From: Eledone cirrhosa | Taxonomy: Eukaryota | Direction of reading: 5' to 3' | NCBI GenBank assembly: GCA_964016885.1 | Contig: OZ024762.1 | Coordinates: 20,150,001-20,214,000, forward strand | DNA: 64,000 bases | Shown here: positions 27,667-42,085 of the stretch, in pieces | Layout: the number at the start of each line of letters is the position of its first letter | Numbering within the stretch: the stretch's first letter is position 1 | The notes under the pieces: model-generated | Seen by the model: only the letters and a program-made list of their open reading frames with translations | Told to the model about the DNA's origin: nothing | Database searches by the model: none | Translations under genes and position numbers: made by a program

Positions 27667-27711
27667 CACACATATATATTCATATACATTCTTATACATG
27701 TAGATATACCC

Positions 27712-27749
<38 letters not shown>

Positions 27750-27868
27750 GTGTATCTACATGTATAAGAATCTATATGAATATATATATAAATATATATA
27801 TACAAAACATTCAATATAAACATTATATATATGTATATATATATATATATATATTTATGTGTGTGTGT

Positions 27869-27902
<34 letters not shown>

Positions 27903-27922
27903 ATCACCCCCCCCCCCACCCC

Positions 27923-27968
<46 letters not shown>

Positions 27969-28160
27969 CGTTTTTATAAAGTGAAGATGGGTGGTCCCCC
28001 CCCCCCCCCCGCCCCGTTAGAGCATTTAAGATAAGGTGTGTGTTTGAGTTACTGCAGTGGGAAGTTGTATAGGGTTGTATAGGTAGACTGTGGAAGTCCT
28101 CAACAGCCCCAGCGCTGCCAACAATGAAATACTAAAGAGAAAGAGATTTCATTGTAAACC

Positions 28161-28197
<37 letters not shown>

Positions 28198-28317
28198 ATT
28201 GATGAGAAAATAGCTGAGTTGATAAGGTCTGGTTCAGTTGTATAAGTTCTTACTTGGCAGACGGGAGGCCTGAAACAGTAGAGGGTTTCTACTCTGTTTA
28301 AACATGCAGGCGATATT

Positions 28318-30150
28318 TGTGGTGGTGGTGGTGGTGGTGGTGGTGGTGGTGGTGGTGGTGGTGGTGGTTGGTGGTAGTGGTGGTGGTGGTAGTGGTGGTG
28401 GTGGTTGGTGGTAGTGGTGGTGGTGGTGGTGGTGGTAGTGGTGGTGGTAGTGGTGGTGGTGGTGGTGGTGGTGGTGGTGGTGGTGGTGGTGGTGGGTGGT
28501 GGTGGTGGTGGTGGTTGGTGGTGGTGGTGGTGATGGGTGGTTGGTGGTGGTGGTGGTAGTGGTGGTGGTGGTGGTGGTGGTGGTTGGTGGTGGTGGTGGT
28601 GATGGGTGGTTGGTGGTGGTGGTGGTAGTGGTGGTGGTGGTGGTGGTGGTGGTGGTGGTGGTGGTGGTGGTGGTGGTGGTGGTAGTGGTGGTGGTTGGTG
28701 GTTGGTGGTGGTGGTGGTGGTGGTGGTGGTGGTTGGTGGTGGTAGTGGTAGTGGTGGTGGTGGTTGGTGGTAGTGGTGGTGGTGGTTGGTGGTGGTGGTG
28801 GTAGTGGTGGTGGTGGTGGTGGTGGTGGTGGTGGTGGTTGGTGGTGGGTGGTTGGTGGTTGGTAGTGGTGGTGTGGTGGTGGTGGTTGGTGGTGGTGTGG
28901 TGGTGGTTGGTGGTGGTGGTGGTAGTGGTGGTGGTGGTGGTGTGGTGGTGGTGGTGGGTGGTGGTAGTGGTGGTGGTGGTGGTGGTGGTGGTGGTGGGTG
29001 GTGGTAGTGGTGGTGTGGTGGTGGTTGGTGGTGGTAGTGGTGGTGGTGGTGGGTGGTGGTTGGTGGTTGGTGGTAGTGGTGGTGGTGTGGTGGTAGTGGT
29101 GGTGGTGGTGGTAGTGGTGGTGGTGGTGGTGGTGGTGGCGGTGGTGGTGGTGGTTTTGGTGGTGGTGGTGCTGGTGGTAGTGGTGGTGGTGGTGGTGGTG
29201 GTGGTGGTGGTGGTGGTGGTAGTGGTGGTGGTTGGTGGTGGTGGTGGTAGTGGTGGTGGTGGTGGTGGTGGTGGTGGTTGGTGGTGGTGGTGGTGGTGGT
29301 GGTAGTGGTGGTGGTTGGTGGTGGTGGTGGTAGTGGTGGTGGTGGTGGTGGTTGGTGGTGGTGGTGGTGGTTGGTGGTGGTTGGTGGTTGGTGGTGGTAG
29401 TGGTGGTGGTGGTAGGTGGTGGGTGGTTGGTGGTGGTAGTGGTGGTGGGTGGTTGGTGGTGGTGGGTGGTTGGTGGTGGTGGTGATGGGTGGTTGGTGGT
29501 GGTTGGTGGTTGGTGGTGGTGGTGGTAGTGGTGGTGGTTGGTGGTTGGTGGTTGGTGGTGGTAGTGGTGGTGGTGGTTGGTGGTTGGTGGTAGTGGTGGT
29601 GGTTGGAGGTGGTAGTGGTGGTGGTGGTGGGTGGTGGTGGTTGGTTGGTGGTTGGTGGTGGTAGTGGTGGTGGTGATGGTGGTGATGGTGAAGGTGGTGG
29701 TGGTTGGAGGTGGTAGTGGTGGTGGTGGTGGTGAAGGTGGTGGTGGTTGGAGGTGGTAGTGGTGGTGATGGTGAAGGTGGTTGGTGGCGGTGGTGGCGGT
29801 GGTGGCGGTGGTGGCAGAGGTGGTAGTGGTGGTGGTGGTGGCAGAGGTGGTGGTTGTAGTGGTGGTGGTGGAGGAGGTGGTAGTAGTGGTGGTGGTGGTG
29901 GTGGTGGTGGTGGTGGAGGTAGTAGTGGTGGTAAAGGTTGTTGGTGGTGGTGGCGGTGGTAATAGTGGTGGTAGTAGTGTTGGGTGGTGGTGGGTGATTG
30001 GTGGTGATGGTGGTGTTGGGTGGTGGTGGTGGTGGTGGTGGTGGTGATGGTTGGTGGTGATGGTGATGGTGGTGATGTAGATGATGGTGGTGGTGTTGAT
30101 GGTGTTGGTGGCAGTGGAGGCGGTGGTGATGCTGGTGATGGTGGTGGTAG
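28318..30150. repeat. 1.8-kb degenerate (GGT)n tract
   Basis: Seen directly in the sequence. Confidence 0.95.
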
Positions 30151-30393
30151 GTGATTGGTGGTCGGATTTAAGGGCTTGTCAAATATGTCTTTTGCTAGAT
30201 AACACTACTTTGTAGGTAATACTACTTGACCCCACATTATTTTTGTTTGTTTCATCAAGATTTCTGATACAAAAATTATTTTTTCTAATGATATAAATAT
30301 TTCAGATATTTCCTATAATAGATAAATAGGAAGAAAGAAAAAAATCTAAATAATGAAGATGAAAGGAAGGAAAGGGGTGGGAAGATTGTAGAT

Positions 30394-32488
30394 CAGGGGT
30401 TGGCAACCTTTTGGGGTGTGTGGGCCACATTGCTATGTAGTGTCTCGGCAGGAGGTCACATAGCTATGCAGTGTCTCATCAGCAGGCCACATAGCTATGC
30501 AGTGTCTCATCAGCAGGCCACATAGCTATGCAGTGTCTCGTCAGCAGACCACATAGCTATGCAGTGTCTCGTCAGCAGACCACATAGCTATGCAGTGTCT
30601 CGTCAGCAGACCACATAGCTATGCAGTGTCTCGTCAGCAGACCACATAGCTATGCAGTGTCTCATCAGCAGACCACATAGCTATGCAGTGTCTCATCAGC
30701 AGACCACATAGCTATGTAGTGTCTCATCAGCAGGCCACATAGCTATGCAGTGTCTCATCAGCAGACCACATAGCTATGTAGTGTCTCATCAGTAGGCCAC
30801 ATAGCTATGTAGTGTCTCATCAGTAGGCCACATAGCTATGTAGTGTCTCATCAGCAGGCCACATAGCTATGCAGTGTCTCATCAGCAGGCCACATAGCTC
30901 TGCAGTGTCTCATCAGCAGACCACATAGCTATGTAGTGTCTCATCAGCAGGCCACATAGCTATGCAGTGTCTCATCAGCAGACCACATAGCTATGTAGTG
31001 TCTCATCAGCAGGCCACATAGCTATGCAGTGTCTCATCAGCAGGCCACATAGCTCTGCAGTGTCTCATCAGCAGGCCACATAGCTCTGCAGTGTCTCATC
31101 AGCAGACCACATAGCTATGTAGTGTCTCATCAGTAGGCCACATAACTATGTAGTGTCTCATTAGCAGACCACATAGCTATGTAGTGTCTCATCAGCAGGC
31201 CACATAGCTATGCAGTGTCTCATCAGCAGGCCACATAGCTATGCAGTGTCTCATCAGCAGGCCACATAGCTATGCAGTGTCTCATCAGCAGACCACATAG
31301 CTATGCAGTGTCTCATCAGCAGGCCACATAGCTATGCAGTGTCTCATCAGCAGGCCACATAGCTATGCAGTGTCTCATCAGCAGACCACATAACTATGTA
31401 GTGTCTCATCAGCAGACCACATAGCTATGCAGTGTCTCATCAGCAGGCCACATAGCTCTGCAGTGTCTCATCAGCAGACCACATAGCTATGTAGTGTCTC
31501 ATCAGTAGGCCACATAACTATGTAGTGTCTCATTAGCAGACCACATAGCTATGCAGTGTCTCATCAGCAGGCCACATAGCTATGCAGTGTCTCATCAGCA
31601 GACCACATAACTATGTAGTGTCTCATTAGCAGACCACATAGCTATGCAGTGTCTCATCAGCAGGCCACATAGCTATGCAGTGTCTCATCAGCAGGCCACA
31701 TAGCTATGCAGTGTCTCATCAGCAGGCCACATAGCTATGTAGTGTCTCATCAGCAGACCACATAACTATGTAGTGTCTCATCAGCAGGCCACATAGCTAT
31801 GCAGTGTCTCATCAGCAGGCCACATAGCTATGCAGTGTCTCATCAGCAGGCCACATAGCTATGCAGTGTTTCATCAGCAGGCCACATAGCTATGCAGTGT
31901 CTCATCAGCAGGCAATGATATCAAAATATAATAAATTTGCTCGACCTCAGACTGTTCTGTTCAAAAAGCTACCTTAATCCCAGGATTTAAAGAAGAGCAA
32001 TGAATTTTTGTGATAATACTTTAATGACATTCCTTACTACAAATAGAATACAGGCAGAAATAGTAAATTGTTTAATGAGATACTTACTTCTGCCATTGGA
32101 TAGCTTCTCTACATCAGGTGAAATATTTGTCAATGACAGAAGAACATCATCCAGATGGTCATCACGCAGCCTTATCCTTAATCTTTGGTATATTTCATTT
32201 TGGAAAAAGAGTTGTTCCCAGGTATACATACTGCCAAATAATGATACTAGCACACACAGTCCCCTTGACCACGATATCTGTCTATTCTATCTGTCTGAGT
32301 TTGATTATTTGTTACTGTCACGCAAAAAAATTACGTTCAGCTAAGTGAGTCTTGTGGCTAGATGTTTCTCTAGTTGGTATTCTAATCCAAAATAATTCAG
32401 AGAACTTTTTCAGGGATCACTTAGCCTAAGATTGAAACCCTTTGGCGGGCCAGATGTGGACCATGGGGCCGGGGGTTGCTGACATCTG
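30394..32488 (-). mobile_element. hAT (Charlie-like) DNA transposon remnant
   Basis: TIRs CAGGGGTTGGCAAC / GTTGCTGACATCTG; 8-bp TSD TTGTAGAT / TTATAGAT. Minus ORF 31987-32253 (SLFGSMYTWEQLF...RIRLRDDHL...ISPDVEKL) matches the hAT C-terminal dimerisation region. Confidence 0.8.
30424..31912. repeat. 31-bp minisatellite (about 48 copies) inside the hAT element
   Basis: Unit GCCACATAGCTATGCAGTGTCTCATCAGCAG. Confidence 0.95.
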
Positions 32489-32554
32489 TTATAGATCCTT
32501 GTCTAGGCAAGTATATCACAGCTATAAACCCTGTGGATAAGATGGAGAAGGTAG

Positions 32555-32775
32555 AGAAGGTATTACCTTGGAGAACGGCCAGAGACACCCACTGCATCAA
32601 CCACTCCACCTCATGGGGCTGCTTCCTGAGCTGGGAGTCACTCCTCTCAATTTTGCAGAAGAAATGACAGTTCAGGGACTGGGGATACAGGAGCTCTTGA
32701 CATTGACTAACAGGAAAGGGAAGCGGTCAGTCAAATCCTGGAATTTGAATATCTTTCTCTCCTCCATGCTCTAGG
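32555..32775 (-). mobile_element. CRE-like non-LTR retrotransposon 3' (restriction-like endonuclease) remnant
   Basis: Frameshifted translation EERKIFKFQDLTDRF...EVEWLMQWVSLAVLQGN resembles ExxKxxKY...LxQRLSxAxQRGNA. Confidence 0.55.
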
Positions 32776-33076
32776 TAGCAGTGCCCTAGTAGATATGAGG
32801 ATCGGATGAGAAAAAGACATACATACATGATGGCTTGAACTTGATTTCGAGTAATGCCATCGCTTGACACTTAAGCATGAACATCACGGGCATGGCTTTT
32901 TAGTCCTGTCATACCATGCATTGCAAAAAAATGTCACATCTCAAATGATGCCTGTGCTTAAAGCTGTTTTAAGTGAGGAAAGGCTTTGCATAGAGCTGAT
33001 CCCACTACTATCAGTACTACTACTACCACCACCACCACCACTATCAGTACTACGACAACTACTACCATTACCCATT

Positions 33077-33107
<31 letters not shown>

Positions 33108-34228
33108 CTACAACTACTACTACTACCACCACCACCATCACTATCAGTACTACTACCACTACCACCACCACCACTATCAGTACTACTACAACTACTACCA
33201 TTACCACCACCACCACCACCACTATCAGTACTACTACAACTACTACCACAACCATTACCACCACCACCACCACCACCACCACCACCAACAACAACAACAA
33301 TACTACAACTACTACTAATACCACCACGACCTCCACCACCACCACTACTACTACTACTACATCCACCACCACTACTACTACTACCTCCACCACCACTATC
33401 AGTGCTACTGCTACTACAACTACTAACAACAACAACATCTCCACCACACCACTGCCTCCACCACCATCACCACTATTAGTACTATTACAACTACTACCAC
33501 CACCACCACCACTACAAACAACACTACTGCCACTACAACCACTACTATCAACAACAACAACAACAACAACTGTAATATGTAGAACATGTTTTAATGTAGC
33601 GAGGGGGGGGGACACTGTAATTAACTTGATTTGTCTTTTCTTTCTTTATTAACTTCTCCCTTTCTATTCCATCCCACATTAATTTACAGCCCCTATATAC
33701 CCCCCCCCCTTTCCACCCCCTACATACATATCTTACATTCTCTGCTCCCTACCCACATCCTTTGACCCCCCCTCTCCCACACCACTAGCCTCCCCCATAC
33801 ATCCCCACCCCTACATCCTTTGACACCCTCCCACACCACTCATATCCCCCCCCCCACCCCGCTGGGCATCCTTTGACACCCCTCCAAAAGCGTTTGACCC
33901 CGCCCGCCCCAACACCAACTCGCTCATAAATACCCTAGCCCACCCTACATTACAGCCCCCCCCCACATCTTTTGACCCCATCCCACACCACTCGCGCCCC
34001 AAATACACCCCCACCACCACATCCTTTGACACCCTTCCCACTCCATCACCCTCACCCCATATATATATATATATATAAATCCCTTACAATTTCCCAGTAT
34101 CCAGCCCTTACATCCTACACCCCCACCCCCACATACCTGTCCCCACCCTCTGTATCTATCCAGGACAACACCTTTATCTTGTCTTCATTAGATTATATAT
34201 ATATGTATGTATGTATGTGTATATACAT

Positions 34229-34271
<43 letters not shown>

Positions 34272-34501
34272 TATGTATGTGAATATACATATATATATAT
34301 ATATGTATATATATATTATATATGTATATATATATATGTATATATATTATATATATATATGTTTATATATTATATATATATATGTATATATATATTATAA
34401 ATATATATATATTTGTATATATATGAATATATATATATCTATATGTATGTATATATATATATATGTATATATATATGTATATATATATGTATATATATAT
34501 G

Positions 34502-34540
<39 letters not shown>

Positions 34541-34601
34541 GTATATATATGTGTATATATATATATATGTGTATATATATGTATATATATATGTATATAT
34601 G

Positions 34602-34646
<45 letters not shown>

Positions 34647-34771
34647 GTGTATATATATATATATGTGTGTGTGTATATATATATATGTGTATATACATAT
34701 ATATATATGTGTGTGTATATATATGTGTATATATGTATATATATGTGTATATATGTATATATATATATATG

Positions 34772-34838
<67 letters not shown>

Positions 34839-34903
34839 GTATATATATATATATGTGTGTGTATATATATGTGTATGTGTGTATATATATATATATGTAT
34901 GTA

Positions 34904-34938
<35 letters not shown>

Positions 34939-35165
34939 CTAGGTGACAGTAGAGGCTGCCTTACCGGATGTCTATATTGACAAAATGGTCAGATTTTCAT
35001 TTAAAACTAATTGGACGGACATTTTGTTTCAAGGGTTTTGAACTGGCAACTACAGAAATCACACACACACTCACGCACATGCACACACACACACACATTC
35101 ACACATATACAGGCACACATACATACACATACAATTACACACACAGACACATATATATATATATA

Positions 35166-35444
35166 TACAGGGCGATCCCCAAAATGTATACACACTTCAA
35201 CAGCATTGAAATCAAAGTGTGTATACATTTTTGGGGGACACCCTGTATATATGTATATATATATATACACACACACACACACTTATATAAACACACAATG
35301 ATACACACACATAACACATACACTTACACACACATATATATATATATACAGGGTGATCCCCAAAATGTATACACACTTCAACAGCATTGAAATCAAAGTG
35401 TGTATACATTTTTGGGGGACACCCTGTATATATGTATATATATG

Positions 35445-35480
<36 letters not shown>

Positions 35481-35837
35481 TATATAAACACACATTGATA
35501 CACACATACATATATACACTTACACACACAGACACACATATATATATATATATACAGGGTGATCCCCAAAATGTATACACACTTCAGCAGCATTGTAATA
35601 AAAGTGTGTATACATTTTTGAGGGACACCCTGTATATATGTGTATATATATATATATATATACACATACACACACACACTTATATAAACACACATTGATA
35701 CACACACATAACACATACAATTACACACACAGACACATATATATCTATATACAGGGTGATCCCCAAAATGTATACACACTTCAACAGCATTGTAATCAAA
35801 GTGTGTATACATTTTTGGGGTACACCCTGTATATATG

Positions 35838-35874
<37 letters not shown>

Positions 35875-36037
35875 TTATATAAACACACAATGATACACAC
35901 ACATACATATATACACTTACACACACAGACACATATATATATATATATATACAGGGTGATCCCCAAAATGTATACACACTTCAACAGCATTGTAATAAAA
36001 GTGTGTATACATTTTTGGGGGACACCCTGTATATATG

Positions 36038-36082
<45 letters not shown>

Positions 36083-36239
36083 TTATATAAACACACATTG
36101 ATACACACACATACATATATACACTTACACACACAGACACATATATATATATATATATACAGGGTGATCCCCAAAATGTATACACACTTCAACAGCATTG
36201 TAATAAAAGTGTGTATACATTTTTGGGGGACACCCTGTA
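35166..36239. mobile_element. Six tandemly amplified ~82-bp Tc1/mariner-type MITEs with microsatellite spacers
   Basis: TA-CAGGGTGATCCCCAAAATGTATACACACTT...AAGTGTGTATACATTTTTGGGGGACACCCTG-TA at about 35166, 35347, 35553, 35750, 35950 and 36158. Confidence 0.85.
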
Positions 36240-36321
36240 TATATGTATATATATATATACACACACACACATATACACACACATACATATATACACTTAC
36301 ACAAACACAGAATTACACACA

Positions 36322-36355
<34 letters not shown>

Positions 36356-36976
36356 CTGCAAATGTAAAGGGACGTAACTCTATGCAGCAGAGCATGTTGT
36401 CTGATGTTCTACTGATTCTTACCAATCCACAGTCAATAACAGTGTTTCTACTATTGGCACAAGGCCAGCAATTACCCCAGTGCATTACTGGTACTTTGTT
36501 TTATTGACCCCCGTAAGAATAAAAGGCAAAGCTAACCTCGGTAGGATTTTAATTCAGACCGTAAAGGGCCGTAACTCTATGCTGCAAAGCAATACTGCCA
36601 ACCCACCGCCAATAATGATAACAATGGTTTCTGATTTAGACACAAGGCCAGCAATTTTTTGGGGGAGGGGAAAGTTGATTAAATCAACCCCCGTGCATTA
36701 CCGGTACTTTAATTTTTCCGTTCCATAAGGACGAAAGGGATATCTAACCTTGGTGGGATTTGAACACCGAACGTAAAGGGCCGTAACTATATGCCACAAA
36801 GCTCTACCGAAACTGCCAATATGCCACAAAGCATATTGCCCGACACTCTACCGATTCTATCAATCCACTACCAATCTCGCATCATAATATAATAAAGGGA
36901 GGAATGCGGGACTCTGTCCTGAATATATTTTCTTATCCCGTTAGTAAAATAAGTTGGATTACTTTGAATAAATAAT

Positions 36977-37161
36977 TGTTTCTACTTTAGGCACAAGGCC
37001 AGCAATTACCCAGTGCATTACTGGTACTTTATTTTATCTACCCCGTAAGGATGAAAGGCAAAGTCAACCTCGGCGGGATTTGAACTCAGATCGTAAAGGC
37101 ACGTAACTATGCTGGAAAGCATGGCGTCCGACCCTCTACCGATACTGCCAATCCACCGCCC
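36977..37161 (-). mobile_element. Full-length SINE A with 17-bp TSD
   Basis: TSD TACTTTGAATAAATAAT at 36960-36976 and 37162-37178; 5' end GGGCGGTGGATTGGCAGTATCGG. Confidence 0.9.
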
Positions 37162-37249
37162 TACTTTGAATAAATAATGAATAAATATTACATAATTTAT
37201 CTACTAAATTTTGTGGCTGTTGATTAAACATAAATATTCTTATATATAA

Positions 37250-37590
37250 TGGAGGCACATGGCTTAGTGATAAGAGCATTGGGCTTGCAATCGAAAGGTT
37301 GTGAGTTCAATTCTCAGACCGAGTGATGTGATGTTTCCTTGAGCAAGACACTTTATTTCACATTGCTCCAGTTTACTCAGCTGTAGAAATGAGATGATAG
37401 GGACTGCGGTCCCTATCATTCCACTGCAAAGTGGTCGTGGAGGTGCCACGGCAAAAAAAAGCACCCAACACTCACTGTAAATGAGGTTGGTGTTAGGAAG
37501 GGCATCCAGCTGTAGAAATCAAGCCAGAATCAGTTCCCATCCCACCCTTGCAAGCAGGGATAAGCGGACGTATGATGATGATGATAATGA
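37250..37590 (+). mobile_element. Near full-length SINE B
   Basis: tRNA-like head, CORE-like block and (ATG)n tail; near-identical to 14268-14598. Confidence 0.8.
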
Positions 37591-38745
37591 TTGCTTATTT
37601 TAAGATTAATTTCTTTTAAAATTTTCAAATGTCAATACTTGCTGTTATGATATAACGGATGCTATATCACATGTCACTTATATATGCATCGTTATATCAT
37701 AACATTTATATTTCTGTCACTTACTTTCTCTTTTTTTATTTTCATAACATTTCACTGTAATGCAGTTTATATACAATATCATCTTTTTTTAAATATATCA
37801 TGGATTACTTTACTGATTACATAAGAGAGTGTAACAGAGTCTCTCTTCAATTTCTGTGCACATTGTCAATTATGATTTTATTTGATGTATCATATTTACA
37901 TGCATGTATATTTGCATATAATATCAATATACACACTACACACACTAGCAGAAAAACACCCAATGAGTGTTTTTTCTGCTAGTACTAATAATTGTTTCTA
38001 CTTTAGGCACAAGGCCAGCAATTACCCAGTGCATTACTGGTACTTTATTTTATCGACCCCGTAAGGATGAAAGGCAAAGTCAACCTCGGTGGGATTTGAA
38101 CTCAGATCGTAAAGGGACGTAACTATGCTGGAAATCATGGCGTCCGACCCTCTACCGATACTGCCATTGAAACTCAAATAGTGAATGTGTTTTTATGGGT
38201 AGCATGACCTTCCGAAAGCATAATAATATCTAGTTCAACACAGAGTTTCACATCAAGAAGCATATTGTAAAATACTGCATTAGATACCTGTTGTCTACAT
38301 TATCCCAAATCTTGCTTAGATATCTTCTACTGATGTGGAGTGCTTAAGGGTGATTACACCGTTGATTGCTGATTGCTGTGATAAAAATACAGCACTGACA
38401 GTCAATTAACATTGAAATTAATACAACTATATATGTGTGTGGAGGGGGGAGGGTGTAAACTAATTATATAATTGTTTTCCATATTTTCTACATAATTTCG
38501 GGTATCGAATAATCATCCCCCAAATTGCTTACTAATTTTTCAGATTTTTTCCAACATCCTTCCTCTCCCTATTATTTGGGACCCGAGAGTTTATAGAGAG
38601 AGTCAGAGGGACATAACTATTGTCTATAATACCACACTATACATTTATGTTGACATCAAGCGAGACTCCTTGTTCTCCTGGCTGTAGAGAATTAAGGTTC
38701 AGAATCTCTCTCTCTCCCACCCTTCTTCTCCCCATACCCCCTCTT

Positions 38746-38829
<84 letters not shown>

Positions 38830-38835
38830 GCTACA

Positions 38836-38893
<58 letters not shown>

Positions 38894-39122
38894 TATATTT
38901 CCCTGTTTTATTAATAGCGCACTGTATATCTCTCTCTGGTGTGTTACCTATTGTATTTTAAAGAGCTCAGGATTCCTTTTCCTTTGAGCACATTATTTTC
39001 AGGGAATAGCGAGGGCCTATGACTCCGTTAATTTATCGTGATATATATATTTATATATATATATATATCATAAATATTATATTAATATCATAAATATCTT
39101 TGATATATATATATATATATAT

Positions 39123-39878
39123 CTAGGGCGGGTAAAATTCCCGAGATCCATGGACGAGTTCTCTCCAGCGGTCTCTGTCCCTCATTATCACTGCCATGTC
39201 CTGCATCTCCAACAGACCAGTGTCTGTCCTTAGGGCATCAACATACGTTAACCTTGGTCTTCCTCTTCCAGTGTGTCCATGCAGGGGCTCCCACAGGAGC
39301 ACTGAGTGCAATGTCAACTCTGGATGTCGGTGAGCATGTCCAGCTCACCTCAGTCTCCTCTGTGTCACTTTTGAGCTGACTTTTGGGAGGCTCCCATACA
39401 GCTCTGAGTTTTTCAGATGCTGAATTTGCCGAAGACATAGTTTTGGTGACAAATAGAGTGAAGGAGGCAGAGGATTTGATGCAGGAGGTTGAGACTGTGT
39501 CGATGAGTGTGGGGCTGAGAATGAATGAGACTAAAACAAAATATCTGGTAAAGAATGTTGAGAAGCCAGAGGGGATCACTAATGTAGGCGGGAAGCCGTT
39601 AGAATTGGTTGAGAACTTCCTGTATTTGGGAGCAAAGATTGGGAATACGGAAGATGATGTGGTTGAGAGGAAGAGGAAGGCCTGGGCGGCATGCCACAGC
39701 TTGAGATCGGTGTGGAAGTCGGACCTTCGTAAAGACCTAAAAATCCCCCTCTTCATTGCTGTAGTGGAGTCTGTGCTGCTGTACGGGTCTGAGACTTGGA
39801 CACTGACCAAGAAACTCACTCAGATGGTGGATGGGTGCTACACGAGAATGCTGAGGATGGCTCTGAACATTAATCAGT
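39123..39878 (-). mobile_element. RTE-clade LINE with inverted 5' segment
   Basis: 39123-39410 on the minus strand is the 3' end (NSELYGSLPKV...LLWEP...GRPRLTY...DRDRW). 39413-39878 on the plus strand is the upstream RT part (FAED..., GLRMNETKTK, FLYLG, LLYGSETWTL). Confidence 0.9.
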
Positions 39879-39915
39879 ATATATATATATATCTGTCCCT
39901 CTCTCACTCTCTCTC

Positions 39916-39987
<72 letters not shown>

Positions 39988-40579
39988 AAGTATTAAGGAT
40001 ACTATTTATGGTTATGTATGTAATAAAACCTTTTATGGTTATATATTTTTTATACAAACCCCAAATAGTGAAAGATAGTCATTTATTACTATCTTATTAC
40101 CAGTAAGATAAATAGCTCAATGTAATAACATCAGTTGTTTTACAGAGCAGTTATATAGAGATTGTTTCATACACTGACTACTCTAAACTTTCCTCTCGCT
40201 TTATCTTCATAAACTGCAAATGTTTCATTTTTATTTTTATTTTTATTTTTATTTTTATTTTTATTTTTATTTTTATTTTTATCCTTTAACCTTTATATGT
40301 AAATTGCCATGCTATATCATTTTGATGGATGTCATTCCACTGTGGGTCAATATATGCATATGTTTTTATATGTCTCTTGTGTTGAAAAGGAGGTCAAGTA
40401 TGTTATAGATCACTAAACAGTTGCTCCGAAGAATCCAGACCTCGGTTTGGAGGAAAAAATTGCAAGCAAATAAATGATCTAAACTGAACTTTGATTATTG
40501 TAATCTCTCTCTCTCTCTATATATATATCTGTCCCCCCCTCTCTCTTTATATATATATATATCTGTCCCCCTCTCTCTC

Positions 40580-40680
<101 letters not shown>

Positions 40681-40909
40681 ATGTCCACCCCAGTAGATAT
40701 TACATTTAACAGTTATGTCATCAGTACACAGCTTTAAAACCTCATTAAGTTTCTGTAGTCATCTGTTGCTTTCTTATCAGAAATTGTGACAGAGAAGGAA
40801 ACCTTATGTAATTCTATATAGAGTGTTAACTAGCTGGAGAGATTGAAGGAGCCAAGGAAAGAGAATCAGGGATGAGATATATTATTAATATTACTTTAAA
40901 GAATTATTG

Positions 40910-42085
40910 TCGATTGGCAGTATCGGTAGAGGGTCGGACGGCATGGTTTGATGCATAGAGTTATGGCCCTTGCCATTCTGAGTTCAAATCCCGCCGAGGT
41001 TGACTTTGCCTTTCATCCTTACGGGGTCGATAAAATAAAGTACCAGTAATGAACTGGGATAATTGCTGGCCTTGTGCCAAAAGTAGAAACAAGGGCAGTG
41101 GATTGGCAGTATCGGTAGAGGGTCGGACGCCATGGTTTGCAGTATAGAGTTACGGCCCTTGCCATTCTGAGTTCAAATCCCGTCGAGGTTAACTTTGCCT
41201 TTCATCCTTACGGGGGTCGATAAAGTAAAGTACCAGTAATGCACTGGGTAATTGCTGGCCTTGTGCCTAAAGTAGAAACAAATATTACTTTAAAGAATTA
41301 TTGTGGATTGGCAGTATCGGTAGAGGGTCGGACGCCATGCTTTGACGCATAGAGTTACGGCCCTTGCCATTCTGAGTTCAAATCCCGCCGAGGTTAACTT
41401 TGCCTTTCATCCTTGCGGGGGTCGATAAAATAAAGTACCAGTAATGCACTGGGGTAATTACTGGCCTTGTGCCAAAAATAGAAACAATTATTAAGTATGA
41501 GTAAAGCATTGGACAACATGGTTTGTAGCTTATAGTTACGTCCCTTTAAGTTCTGAGTTCAAATCCCGCCAAGTTTAGCTTTACCTTTCATCCTTACAGG
41601 GTCGATAAAATAAAGTACCGGTAATATACTACGGTCAATTTAATCGACTCCCCTCCCCTCGCCCAAATCGATGGCCTTGTGCCTAAAGTAGAAACAGTTA
41701 TTATTTTAAAGAATTATTAGTAAGTATCGGTAGAGCGTCGGACAGCATGCTTTGTGGCATGGCGTTACGGCCCTTTACGTTCTGAGTTCTAATCCAGCTG
41801 AAGTTAGATTTGCTTTTCATCCTTCTGGGGTCAATAAAATAAAGTACCAGTCATGTACTGTGGTCGATGTAATAGACTTTCCTCTCCCCCCAAAAAATTG
41901 TTGGCCTTGTGCCTTACTTGGAAACAATTACTAGTAAGTGAAATTGGCAATAGATTGGCAGTATTAGTAGAGTGTTGGGCATGCTTTGTGGCATATAGCT
42001 ATGTCCCTCCTTTACACTTTGAGTTCAAATCCCACTGAGGTTAGCTTTGCCTTTTATCCTTATGGGATCAATAAAATAAAGCCTA
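40910..42085 (+). mobile_element. Head-to-tail cluster of about 6 SINE A copies
   Basis: Repeated GATTGGCAGTATCGGTAGAG...GAGTTCAAATCCC...AGTACCAG. Confidence 0.85.

Noticed and set aside
20233-31912. Regular arrays as CRISPR
   Set aside because: No unique spacers, eukaryotic context and no cas genes.
32864-33652. Thr-rich 262-aa ORF (also 59631-60224 and 11773-12012) as extra mucin exons
   Set aside because: Plain (ACT/ACC/AAC)n microsatellites open in several frames, without fitting splice sites; 59631-60224 also lies after the TM exon.
36977-37320. tRNA genes
   Set aside because: The A/B boxes belong to SINE heads; no complete cloverleaf is visible.
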